Source: Eledone cirrhosa
Taxonomy: Eukaryota
DNA length: 64,000 nt
Direction: 5' to 3'
Assembly: GCA_964016885.1 (NCBI GenBank)
Contig: OZ024747.1
Location: 75,082,001 to 75,146,000 of the forward strand
The notes under the pieces are model-generated. The model saw only the letters and a list, made by a program, of their open reading frames with translations. It did not search any database and was not told where the DNA came from. The position numbers and the translations under genes are program-made. Of the stretch, positions 12,553 through 34,209 are shown piece after piece (position 1 is the first letter of the stretch; every line of letters begins with the position of its first letter).

Positions 12553-13086
12553 TTACGGGGTCGATAAAATAAAGTAGCAGTAATACACTGGGATAATTGC
12601 TGGCCTTGTGCCAAAAGTAGAAACAATTATTATCATTATAAGGGCGGTGAAATGGCAGTATCGGTAGAGGGTTGGACGCCATGCTTTCTAGTTATGTCCC
12701 TTTACTGTCTGAGTTCAAATCCCGCCGCGGTTAACTTTGCCTTTCATCCTTACGGGGTCGATAAAATAAAGTACCAGTAATGCACTGGGTAATTGCTGGC
12801 CTTGTGCCAAAAGTAGAAACAATTATTATTATTATTATTATTGTTGTTGTTAAGCCGGCGGATTGACAGTGTCAGTAGAGCATTGGCCAGATGCTTTGCA
12901 GCATGTACTTATGGCCCTTTACATTCTCAGTTCATATCCCGCTGAGGTTAGCTTTGCTTTTCATCCCTTTGGGGTCGATAAAATAAAGTATCAGTAATGA
13001 ACTGGGGTCGATTTAATTGACTTTCCCTCCTCCCAAAACTGTTGGCCTTGTGGCTAAATCAGAAACTATTATTATTATTATTATTA
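12553..13086 (+). mobile_element. Tandem cluster of three tRNA-derived SINEs (partial 12553-12640; 12642-12840; 12855-13086) with a Meta-domain-like core and (ATT)n tails
   Basis: A box tggcagtatcgg, B box gagttcaaatcc, core ctttcatcct..ggggtcgataaaataaagtaccag, tail agaaac(aatt)attatt. Confidence 0.8.
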
Positions 13087-13289
13087 TTTTCTAAACCTAG
13101 CAAAGATTAAATGTAACAAAGATACACAAGTAACACTCAGTTGAAATAGATCTTGGGTTAACTGAAATACTTTCAACAACCCTGCTACATTGTCGCGGTA
13201 AGTTGTCCATTCAGTTGTTAGTAAGATTTTTTATGTTGAGAATTCAGTAGCCCATGATGTATCCCTGATTCATTGATTTGAGAGAGGTC

Positions 13290-14145
13290 ACAAAAGGTTG
13301 ATTGATAATGGGTATATATTTCATAAGAAAGGTCAAAATGGGGATAATATTTATTGAAAATGTGATTAAAAATTATAAAATGAAGTACTGTGCTCACATA
13401 ACTACTGTTTTCAATGATATTGTGAAATCTGGCTGAATGCAATCACATTTTAGATGCCATGGTAATTGTAGCTACCAAGACATTGGCACAAATATGGCAC
13501 TTTGCAAAATCTACAAAAGATGCAACTCATTCAAAATCTAGTGCACTGGAAAATTGCAGCCAAACTGTTGCTTTAAAACTTTCTAAGATGTGAAAGCATT
13601 AAAAGAAAAAATACAATCTCCCCAACAACAAAGTAGTGTTGGACCAGCCTTAACATAAAAATCTAGTGAACTAATTTCGCCACCATGAATTTACCATAAT
13701 GTTTAAGGGTGATCAATTTTTGATGTATGATTCTGGGCCAGTTGAATAGTGAATATTTGAAACGAGATGTAATTTGTAATGTTTGTCTCAAAGTGAGCAT
13801 TGATATGATAATAGTTTAAAACTGTTCTTTTATTCTATCGTCTAAACCCTGCATGGATTAAAAGAAAAAGCTTCACTGCTGCTTGTGAATTGGTAGAAAC
13901 ATATGGAACGGTTTTACAAGAGATAAAGAAATTAGAGCTAATGTGTGTTATTGTCGATAAAAATTGATTTTGAGACTGTTTAAAGCATGAATGACAAGAT
14001 TTTCTATTATAAAACAATCCCATTTTACACAATGTATTTTCTATAAAATTCAAAGCAGTGACTTCAAACAAAAATATGAAATAGATTCAAATTTTGCTTT
14101 GTGTCTACATAAGCTACCAGTGTTAGCATTTCTACCTGTAGACAT
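13290..14145 (+). pseudogene. Degenerate Mutator-like (FLYWCH + MULE) transposase relic
   Basis: Interrupted translations: LIDNGYIFHKKGQNGDNIY*KC (FLYWCH-like), GDQFLMYDSGP, and KIQSSDFKQKYEIDSNFALCLHKLPVLAFLP (MULE-like); many stops and frameshifts. Confidence 0.7.
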
Positions 14146-14353
14146 AGCGATAGAGGTTCTTCTTCTTTGCCCACTTATTCCTGACAGTCATGAGGGCTGA
14201 GTCCTTAAACACTCCTTCTAACAGGTCCTGTCAAAAGCAACCGTCTTCAATTGATCCGGCTGGATCTCCAAGTGAGATCAGCCGATCAATTCTGTGAACA
14301 TCCTTTCCTATATTTGTAGTCTTACACCTAACCTTACCTTTTAGCTAATTGAG

Positions 14354-14397
<44 letters not shown>

Positions 14398-14429
14398 TAT
14401 ATATATATATAATATACATATATATATAT

Positions 14430-14585
14430 AAGTGGTAACACAGCCGTTAATTCACCATACCAAGAACGGATCATCAGTTTGGACTGGTCATGGTTTCTGA
14501 ATAACCATGACCAGTCCGAGCTGAAGATCTGCTAAGGTGAAACAATTGTTCTCGGTATGGTGAACTAACTGTTGTGTTACTACTT
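14430..14585. mobile_element. Penelope-like fold-back (inverted pLTR) relic 1
   Basis: aagtggtaacacagccgttaattcaccataccaagaac pairs with gttctcggtatggtgaactaactgttgtgttactactt; inner arms ggactggtcatggtt/aaccatgaccagtcc; flanked by (TA)n. Confidence 0.7.
14516..14555 (+). ncRNA. Minimal type-I hammerhead ribozyme motif (weak stem II)
   Basis: ccgag-CUGAAGA-tctgctaaggt-GAA-ac aatt gt-U-ctcgg; stem I ccgag/ctcgg; palindromic stem III acaattgt. Confidence 0.6.
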
Positions 14586-14648
14586 CTACTTAACTTGTCC
14601 CATGGATTGAGTGCTCTACCACTACGGATATTACCTTCCAGTGTTCTA

Positions 14649-14709
<61 letters not shown>

Positions 14710-15094
14710 GATTTTGTTCCTTCTATAATTTAAGCAGTAAATATGTGAATTTATTTATCAATTAATTCTAAAATGAAGCTTATCATTTCCCTTTAGATAA
14801 TATGTAGATAACGTCAATTATATTATTTTATAGTGAAAAATGAATATAGATGAAACATATTTTAGATGAGTTGTGTTTTCAACAAAATGTGTCAGACAAA
14901 TTCGCTGGATACGTCCCCAAAAAATGTATACAGACTTCAACAGTATTCTAATAAATATTGCCTGTACAGGTAATCAAAGTGTGTATACATTTTTGGGGGA
15001 TGCTATATATATATATATATATATATTATTTCTATCTAGTCAATCTATATCTTGTTCTTCACCCCAACCCCATTCTATTACTCACTCTTTCAAT

Positions 15095-15097
<3 letters not shown>

Positions 15098-15148
<51 letters not shown>
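15098..15148. repeat. (CT)n microsatellite
   Basis: Directly visible. Confidence 0.95.
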
Positions 15149-15151
<3 letters not shown>

Positions 15152-15976
15152 CTTAATCTCTCAGTAACTCATGACTTTGAATATGTACAACATAGAAATG
15201 TCTTAGAGAATACATATGAAATTGCTACCAATTCTTTAAATCTTTATAGATAACTTGAAGTATATATAATATAGCTAGGTGTGTGCGTATTTGCACATAT
15301 GTATATATACATATATATCTCTGCAATATTTGATGGTGGTTTTTATATATATATATATATATATATAAATGTATATATGTATATCTGTATGTATTGGTAT
15401 ATATATATGCATATATATACACACACACACCCCTACACATTATGTATCTGTGTATGTGTATATATATATGTATATACGTGTGAATGTGTGTGTACATCTG
15501 TCTGTATATCCACATAGATACATAGAGCAATAGAAAACGTCATCCGATCGATTTATCTAATTTGATTTTGTCACTGTAATTCATGAAGATTCAAACTACT
15601 TCATATTAATAATGAATATTATAATTATATTAAATTATTATAAATCAATTATAAATGGTCATTTGCATTCTGTTTAATGAAATTAATTGTAAAGCATTTT
15701 CTAAACCTGAATCTGAATCATTTACATGATTTAAATGTTTAAAAAATAATTTGTTGGCAAAGTTGTTTTAATAATGTATAAACTTTAGAGATCAATTTTG
15801 ATGAATTCTATTTTGTTTGAAAAAAAATGAAAGTTAAAAAATCTAAATTTGTTATATAAATGATTTGTTGAACAGCTTGCAACCTATAGGGGCTTTTAAT
15901 AGAATAGCAATTATAAATCTGTAGCTGCTACTAATTAAATACTAGTAATATTAGTGAATATGTGAATATATATATA

Positions 15977-16055
15977 CAGGGTGTCTCAAAAATATATATT
16001 CACACTTCAACATCATTCTCATCAAAGTGTGTATACATTTTTTGGGGGCACCCCG

Positions 16056-16108
<53 letters not shown>

Positions 16109-16179
16109 GGTGTCCCAAAAATGTATTCACACATCATCATTCTCACCAAAGTGTGTATACATTTTTAGGGGACACCCTG
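15977..16179. mobile_element. Two tiny Tc1/mariner-type MITEs (15977-16055, 16106-16179); a third decayed copy at about 14910-15005
   Basis: TIRs cagggtgtc(c/t)caaaa...tttt.gggg.cacc(c/t)g embedded in TA tracts. Confidence 0.75.
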
Positions 16180-16225
16180 AATTTATATATACATGTGAAA
16201 TGTCGTTTTGTTCCTTAATATATAC

Positions 16226-16271
<46 letters not shown>

Positions 16272-16353
16272 GGTGAGTAATATTATATATATTACTCAGT
16301 TACAAGTATAAATATAGTTCGATGTAATATAACAAGTATAATACAGAGCTGCA

Positions 16354-16657
16354 ATACAATGTCAATAATAATCAAAGTGTATTTAATAAACATTTAATAA
16401 CTAATGACTGTTTCATCCTAGCACAAGGCAGGAATCTTCAGATTCCTGGTTACCTTGTATAAATATTAATGCTTACTCTTATCTAACCTCTCACATGTAT
16501 CCTCCAAATGTTCTGGAAGCAAAGTTTTGATCCTATATTTGTATTTAAATCTTGTAATAATAATTCTGAAGATTCCTACCTTGTGTTAGGATGAAACACT
16601 CATTAGTTATTAAATGATTGAAAGATTGAATACTCTTTGATTATCATTTTCATTGTA
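16354..16657. mobile_element. Penelope-like fold-back relic 2 with divergent degenerate hammerheads (- at 16401-16445, + at 16561-16606)
   Basis: Arms 16354-16442 and 16565-16657; + copy reads CUGAAGA-t tccta...tagga t-GAAACAcUC-attag; - copy reads gaaacagtc. Confidence 0.65.
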
Positions 16658-16777
16658 TATATATATATATAAATATATATATATAGTTGAGTCAAACAAC
16701 GCCGTATGCTAAAACGATCTACAATACGGAGTATTCACAACCTCCAATTGGATTACCTATAACGATAACTTGTTATC

Positions 16778-16833
<56 letters not shown>

Positions 16834-16846
16834 CACACATATATAC

Positions 16847-17795
16847 GTGGAGAAGTAAATATAGGAGAACAAACCGTTAAAACAGGTTTATTTAAAATAG
16901 CACCTATGTACGTTTCGCCTGAATGGGCTTCTCAAGGGCATAAACAACTAAAAAGCGTTCCTTACATGACCCGGAATGGGTTTTTAGAAATAAGTTCATT
17001 CTTCGTAAAAAAACATCTATTGATCTTGCAGTAGGTCAAGGGAGATAACTCTAACCGGTGTTAGGGCAGTCTTTTCCGGGCCAATTTTTTATCCGTTACT
17101 ACTATGTGGTTACTACCTTACCATTGTCGATACGCACAGGGTCAGGTATGCAATGTTTGTTTGCTGCGCCTGCCCGCCTGAGTCGATTCATGCCGGGTCT
17201 GGGATGCATGGTTAGTTTCCAGATGCTTTTTGCAGCGCCTGGCCGTCGGGGTGTTAAAGCTTGGTGCAGGGGGACCTCTTTTACGGTTTCCACTGCTCTA
17301 TCTTATTCCATCTGGAGTAGGATAATTTTAAGAGGTGTGTACAGCTTATCGTCGTTTCAGCTCTGCTGTTGATGAGCTCGTGGGGTGCCATTATGATATG
17401 GTAGAGCTCCATGAGGCAAAGCTCGCACTTCCTCTTGAAGTTGTATGGTGCAGCTCTACCGATGGTGCGTGGAGAAGCTGATGTTTGAGTCTTTTAATGC
17501 TGTGATGTAGTTCGCGAGTGAAGTGGATTGTCTTCTTGTTTGTGAAAGAGTGGAGATTTGTTTGAAATCTATTTTTGAACAGGCCAGAGGTAGCCCCTAT
17601 ATAAAGTTTAATGCTATTTTTTTACGAAGAATAAACTCTCACGTGAACTTATTTCTAAAAACCCATTCTGGGTCATGTAAGGAACGCTTTTTAGTTCTTT
17701 ATGCCCTTGAGAAGCCCATTCAGGCGAAACATACGTAGGTGCTACTTTAAATAAGCATGTTTTAACGGTTTGTTCTCCTATATTTACTTCTCCAC
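16847..17795 (-). mobile_element. 5'-truncated Penelope-like element: GIY-YIG C-terminus plus pLTR, with an inverted pLTR copy
   Basis: Inverted arms 16847-17012 and 17617-17795. Minus strand 17545-17320 reads STSLANYITALKDSNISFST/TIGRAAPYNFKRKCELCLMELYHII...LINSRAETTISCTH (one frameshift), the CxLCLxE...N.R.E...C.H tail typical of PLE GIY-YIG domains. Confidence 0.8.
17703..17742 (+). ncRNA. Hammerhead motif, U3-A8 variant (mirror copy on - at 16900-16939)
   Basis: UUGAGAA-gcc cattca ggc-GAA-ac atac gt-A; the two copies together imply a palindromic stem III acgtacgt; stem I is weak. Confidence 0.6.
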
Positions 17796-18114
17796 ATGCT
17801 TATGCTCTGCTAATTCTCTCGCCCACTAGATATTAACACTTCTGATATTTAACACTGCCGGCACTAGTATTGAGCACCCTCTGCATACGCTATTGGCAAA
17901 TAACTACATGTATCGCCTATCCCTCCTTCTCTCTCTCGATACATAAATATTCTATATACATATATATATACATATATATATACACACACACACATACACA
18001 CACACACATATATATATATTAGAAAATATATAGCTTTCACCGTATTTTGACTAAAGGAATTTTAGCTTGATAACGGGGTTTAGAACCCTCAGATAAATGG
18101 AAAAAGGTGAGTAT

Positions 18115-18185
18115 TGACGTACATGGGAGTCGAACCCACATCTGTGGTTATCGCGACCACTGTGCTACCATTACACCAACACATC
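18115..18185 (-). tRNA. tRNA-like cloverleaf (71 nt) with nominal anticodon CGA but G33 and a short variable loop; pseudo-tRNA or tRNA-derived element
   Basis: gatgtgt-tg-gtgt aatggta gcac-a-gtggt cgcgata accac-agat-gtggg ttcgact cccat-gtacgtc-a; A and B boxes intact; TTTTT about 9 nt downstream. Confidence 0.7.
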
Positions 18186-18339
18186 ACCCATCTCTTTCCA
18201 TTCAAATTAGAAACTACATTCTTAGCGAGTTTAATAGTAGTAATAATAATAAATTTGAAGACTAAAATCCAAAGAGGGCTCGATAAGGATAAATAAATAT
18301 ATATATATATATATTGCTTAAACTTTAATCTGTTATTTT

Positions 18340-18347
18340 AATAAATA

Positions 18348-18404
<57 letters not shown>

Positions 18405-18743
18405 GCATATGTATATGTATTTATGTGTGTATATATGTGTATGTATATATGTGTATATATATATGTATATATGTGTATATATATGTATATATGTGTATAT
18501 ATATATGTATATATGTATATATATATGTATATATGTATATGTGTATATATGTATGTATATGTGTATATATATATGTATATGTGTATATATATATGTATAT
18601 ATATATGTATATATGTATATGTATATATATATGTATATGTATATATATATGTATATATGTGTATATATATACATATAGGTATATGTGTGTATGTATATGT
18701 GTGTATATATATATATATGTATATATGTGTGTATATATATATA

Positions 18744-18776
<33 letters not shown>

Positions 18777-19193
18777 GTGTGTATATATATATGTATATAT
18801 GTGTGTATATATATATATATATATGTGTGTGTATATATATATATATGTATATGTGTGTATATATATGTATATATATATATATGTATATGTGTGTATATAT
18901 ATGTATATATATATATATATATATATGTATATGTGTGTGTGTATGTATATGTGTGTGTGTATATATATGTATATGTGTGTGTATATATATGTATATGTGT
19001 ATATATATATATGTATATGTGTATATATATATATATATGTATATGTGTATATATGTATATGTGTGTATATATATATATATATGTATATGTGTGTGTATAT
19101 ATATATATGTATATGTGTGTATATATGTATATGTGTGTATATATATATATATGTATATGTGTGTATATATATATGTATATATATATATGTATA

Positions 19194-19236
<43 letters not shown>

Positions 19237-19352
19237 GTGTGTATATATATATATATGTATATGTGTGTATATATATATATGTATATGTGTGTATGTATAT
19301 ATATATATATATGTGTGTATGTATATATATATATATATGTGTGTATGTATAT
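18340..19352. repeat. Degenerate (TA)n/(TATG)n/(TG)n array
   Basis: Directly visible. Confidence 0.95.
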
Positions 19353-19886
19353 ATTTAGGGAATTGGTCACAGGGTTATTTACTTTGGTAAACGCCACTGC
19401 AGGCCAACCACTAATTAAATTCGATACAGATATAATAAGGTTAACGAACTTACTCGTCAGTGACCTGACGGAGAGCCGGTCGCCAACTAATCAGCATGGT
19501 AAATTAAATGTTATTGAGACACGAGTAACATAATAATGATGTCAACAGCAGAAGTTAGAGATGAAATGTATGTTTATTTTTGTTGTAGCACAAATAATGT
19601 TGGTTAACTTGTATGGTTGAAGTTACACATAAAAATGACGTTACAAAAGGGAATGTGTCATTGCGCCGGAAAGTCCGCGGGTTAAGGTGCAAAATCTCAC
19701 CGTCACATGTACGTGTTGCTGGTTCGAAGTCCCAGGTGCGAGAGAGAGATTTTCTTCAAGTCTTCGCGGGTAATTTCTCTCTCAGGACGCGTAGGGATAC
19801 ATCCTCTTCTGCTGGCGCTGATTGGCTGAACTGAGCCAAATCACGCACAGAGAATGTATGTGAGCCCGCGGAATGTAGGTCACTAC

Positions 19887-25770
<5,884 letters not shown>

Positions 25771-26043
25771 ATGAAATCGAAAATGCAACTGAAGTCTTAT
25801 TTTTTTAAAAAATATATATATTTATTTGGTTCCTTTACCGGTTTCGCAGTTCTTCTGCTTTTCAAAAGGTGAGTTGAGATGGAGGGTCTGTGGTTTTTCT
25901 CACATCAGATGTGAGAAAAACCACAGACCCTCCATCTCAACTCACCTTTTGAAAAGCAGAAGAACTGCGAAACCGGTAAAGGAACCAAATAAATATATAT
26001 ATTTTTTAAAAAAATAAGACTTCAGTTGCATTTTCGATTTCAT
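25771..26043. mobile_element. Perfect palindrome (136-bp arms, 1-nt spacer at 25907); Penelope-like fold-back relic
   Basis: 25771-25906 is the exact reverse complement of 25908-26043; each arm carries a hammerhead motif. Confidence 0.85.
25945..25982 (+). ncRNA. Minimal type-I hammerhead ribozyme, U3-A8 variant, intact (mirror copy on - at 25832-25869)
   Basis: cctt-UUGAAAA-gcag aagaa ctgc-GAA-ac cg gt-A-aagg; stems I and II perfect, palindromic stem III accggt, GUA cleavage triplet. Confidence 0.8.
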
Positions 26044-26118
26044 CCCTTTTTCTTTATACTTCCACTAGTGTAGGACACCTCAGTTATTTTTCATTTTGTA
26101 AAAAAAACCTCACTTTCT

Positions 26119-28707
<2,589 letters not shown>

Positions 28708-31263
28708 TCATCATCATCATCATCTTCGTTTAACGTCCGTGTTCCATGCTTGCATGGGTTTGGACAGGAGTTTTCCCACTTGAGGCAAGAGTGGTTGTCT
28801 TGCTTGCATAGGACTGTCTGGCGGGTTTTCTACAGTTGGATGCCCTTCCTAACACCAACCACATTTACAGTGTGGGACAGGGAGGTTTTTACCGTGTTGC
28901 CTACACGGTTACATTACAGCGTGGACTGTGTGTTTTTTTTTGTGACACCTACACGATCTCATTTGTTTCGGCCTGGATTTTGTGGCACCAACATAACTTT
29001 ACATTGAAAGGGGCGGTGTGGATGGGGTGGGGGTGATGGGACGGGGGTGTATTTTGTTAGAGATGCCTACTGACTGTAGTAGGTTTTACTTTGTATTTAG
29101 GTAACGCGGGTCTTCTCTGTTACTGAGTACCGCCAAAGGTCTCGGTCCAGTGACATTGTCTTGGAGAGGTGTAAGTGTGTGAGGTCGGAATTTATCAGCT
29201 CGTCCCAGGTTTTTCTGGGTCTGCCTACTCCGTGGCTACCGTCTATCTTTATTGCCCTGCACTTTGTTATACAGCTGTCGTCTTTCATGTGCATCACGTG
29301 ACCATACCAACGTAGCCTTCTCTCGAGTAAACAACATCTGATCCCTCTTATTTCTAATTTTTTCCTTAGTTCGTTTATGCTTTGCCGTTCACGTATATTA
29401 CTATTACACATCTAGCGGAGCATGCAAGCTTCGTTCCTCTCTAGTCTGCGTATATCCTCTGCACACAATGCCCAGGTCTCACTGCCATGCAACATTGCTG
29501 TTCGTATGCAGGCATCATACAACCTGCCTTTCACTTTTAGGAGAACCCTTTAGCGGCTAATAGTGGTATAAGCTCTCTGAACTTTTTCCATCCAGTTCTG
29601 ACTCTAGCTACTGTACTTTCGGAGCACTCTCCCCCACTGCTGATTTTGTCACCCAGGTAACGGAAGCTGTCCACTATTTCTATAGAACCCTCTGCGCAGT
29701 TGAAAGAGCTAGTATTTTGTGGGCACTTGCTGCTACTTATTGCACCAGAGCACCGGCCACATGTAAAATCTGTGTTCTTAGTTAGCTTACCTGTGATCCC
29801 ACTACATCTTTTATGCACCCATACTTTGCATTTGGGACATAAAATGGAGTTTCTACCTACGCCTTTCCTACACACTGAGCATGGCCATTTCCCGGAAGGG
29901 ACCGGCGCCTTATTTTCTTTCCTACAAACTAGAACTTTAGTCTTAGCCATGTTAATTTTAAGGCGTTTTGATTCTAGGCCGTGCTTCCATGTTTGGAATT
30001 TCTTCTCTAGCTCGGCCATTGATTCAGCTATGAGCGTTAGATCATCTGCGTATAGGAGTTCCCATGGGCAGCCGGTCTTGAACTCCTCTGTTATAGCCTG
30101 AAGGGCAATAATAAATAGTAGGGGGCTAAGAACAGAGCCCTGATGGACACCAACTTTTACGCTAAACTCTTCACTATATTCGTTGTTAATTCTAACCTTG
30201 CTGACTGTTTCTTTATACATGGCTTGTATGGCTCTCACAAGCCATTCGTCAACACCTAGTTTTCTAAGAGCCCACCAGATAATGGAACGGGGGACTCTGT
30301 CGAAGGCTTTCTCCAAGTCGACAAAAGCTAAGTATAGGGGTTTACTTTTGGCTAGGTACTTCTCCTGCAGTTGTCGTACAATGAAAAGAGCGTCTGTGGT
30401 ACTTTTGCCTGACATAAACCCGAACTGCATTTCATCTAGATCAATTCTCTCTCTGATTAGTTGCGCTATTACTTTTTCCGTGACCTTCATGACCTGGTCG
30501 ATTAATTTAAAGCCTCTATAGTTACTCCTATCTAGGGCGTCTCCTGTACCCTTGTAACAGTTAACGATGATGCTGCTACGCCAGTCCTTCGGAACAACCC
30601 CATTTTGTATGACTTGGTTTACTATCCGGGTGACCATGGTGTGTCCCACCATACCGGAGGCTTTCAGCATCTCAGCAACTATTTCCGAAGGCCCAGCCGC
30701 CTTACCCGTTTTCATATCTTTGATTGCCTTACTTATTATACTACCTTCGACAAACACAGCTGGTCCCTCTATTGGATCGATGTGAGGGAGACTGTCTTTC
30801 TCCCATTTATTCTCCTCATTTAGTAGCCTTTCGTAGTGACACTTCCAAGCTACCTTCTTATCAGCGTCAGTGATGGCAAATACGCCATCATCGTTAAGTA
30901 CGCACTTCTCCCCGACAATATCACGGTTTTCCTTGACACATTGCCTAGCAATCCTGAACACCTCACGTTTTGGTCCTCGCGTTGTAGAACATGCTTGAAC
31001 TTTCTTTCCTCTGCTTCTCTTCTTGCGAAGTACACTTGTCTCCTAACTTCCCTCCTGGCCACTTGATAGTCTTCTCTACTTCCCCCATCCCGCCATGCTT
31101 TCCAAGGCTGCTTTTTGGCCTTGATTGACCCCTCCACCTTACTGTTCCACCACCATGTTACTCTCCTCCTGCCTACAGGCCTGCTCCAGCCACAGACTTC
31201 GTCTGCCGCCATCAGCAGGTTTGCTTTCAGGAATTCCCACTGTTCCTCTACCTTGTACGACTC
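28708..31263 (-). mobile_element. 5'-truncated RTE-clade LINE (subfamily A), disrupted; RT + PHD finger + 3' UTR
   Basis: ORFs 30850-31212, 29537-30961 and 29097-29411 are joined by frameshifts and a stop; [20 protein letters not shown] motifs; (GAT)n tail; highly similar to 35182-37741. Confidence 0.95.
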
Positions 31264-31394
31264 ATATATATGAATATATATATATATATGTATATATATA
31301 TATTATTATGAACGATCGACTTTCGTCAAATCGGAGCGAGGAAACAATCTTTCCGTTTGTCTTTCCAATTGCTAATACTATCTATCGGTCGCAA

Positions 31395-31525
31395 CTCCAG
31401 GTAGAAGGAGCAACATGAAATAAAGTGTCTTGCTCAAGGACATAACGCATCGCCCGGTCCAGGAATTGAATTCACATCCTCACGATTGCGAATCCAATTC
31501 TCTAACCACTCAGCCACACGCCTTC
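31395..31525 (-). mobile_element. tRNA-derived SINE head and body
   Basis: Minus strand gaaggcgtgtggctgagtggttagag...aattcaattcctggaccgggcgatgcgttatgtccttgagcaagacactttatttcatgttgctcc. Confidence 0.8.
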
Positions 31526-31595
31526 ACATATATATATATACATATACATATATATATACATATATATTTATACATATATATATACATATATATAT

Positions 31596-31651
<56 letters not shown>

Positions 31652-31705
31652 TATAGATGAGATTCTACAGGACTAGAACTGTTTCATTCATTAGAAATCA
31701 TCAGG

Positions 31706-34209
<2,504 letters not shown>

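Noticed and set aside
12642-12730. tRNA-like heads with A/B boxes (also 8940-9010, 31450-31525)
   Set aside because: No complete cloverleaf and followed by SINE bodies; SINE heads, not tRNA genes.
14249-14291. Small hairpin aattgatccggctggatctc/gagatcagccgatcaatt
   Set aside because: Lies at the truncation point of a short minus-strand LINE-like 3' fragment (about 14158-14250); most simply a 5' inversion junction, with no ribozyme core.
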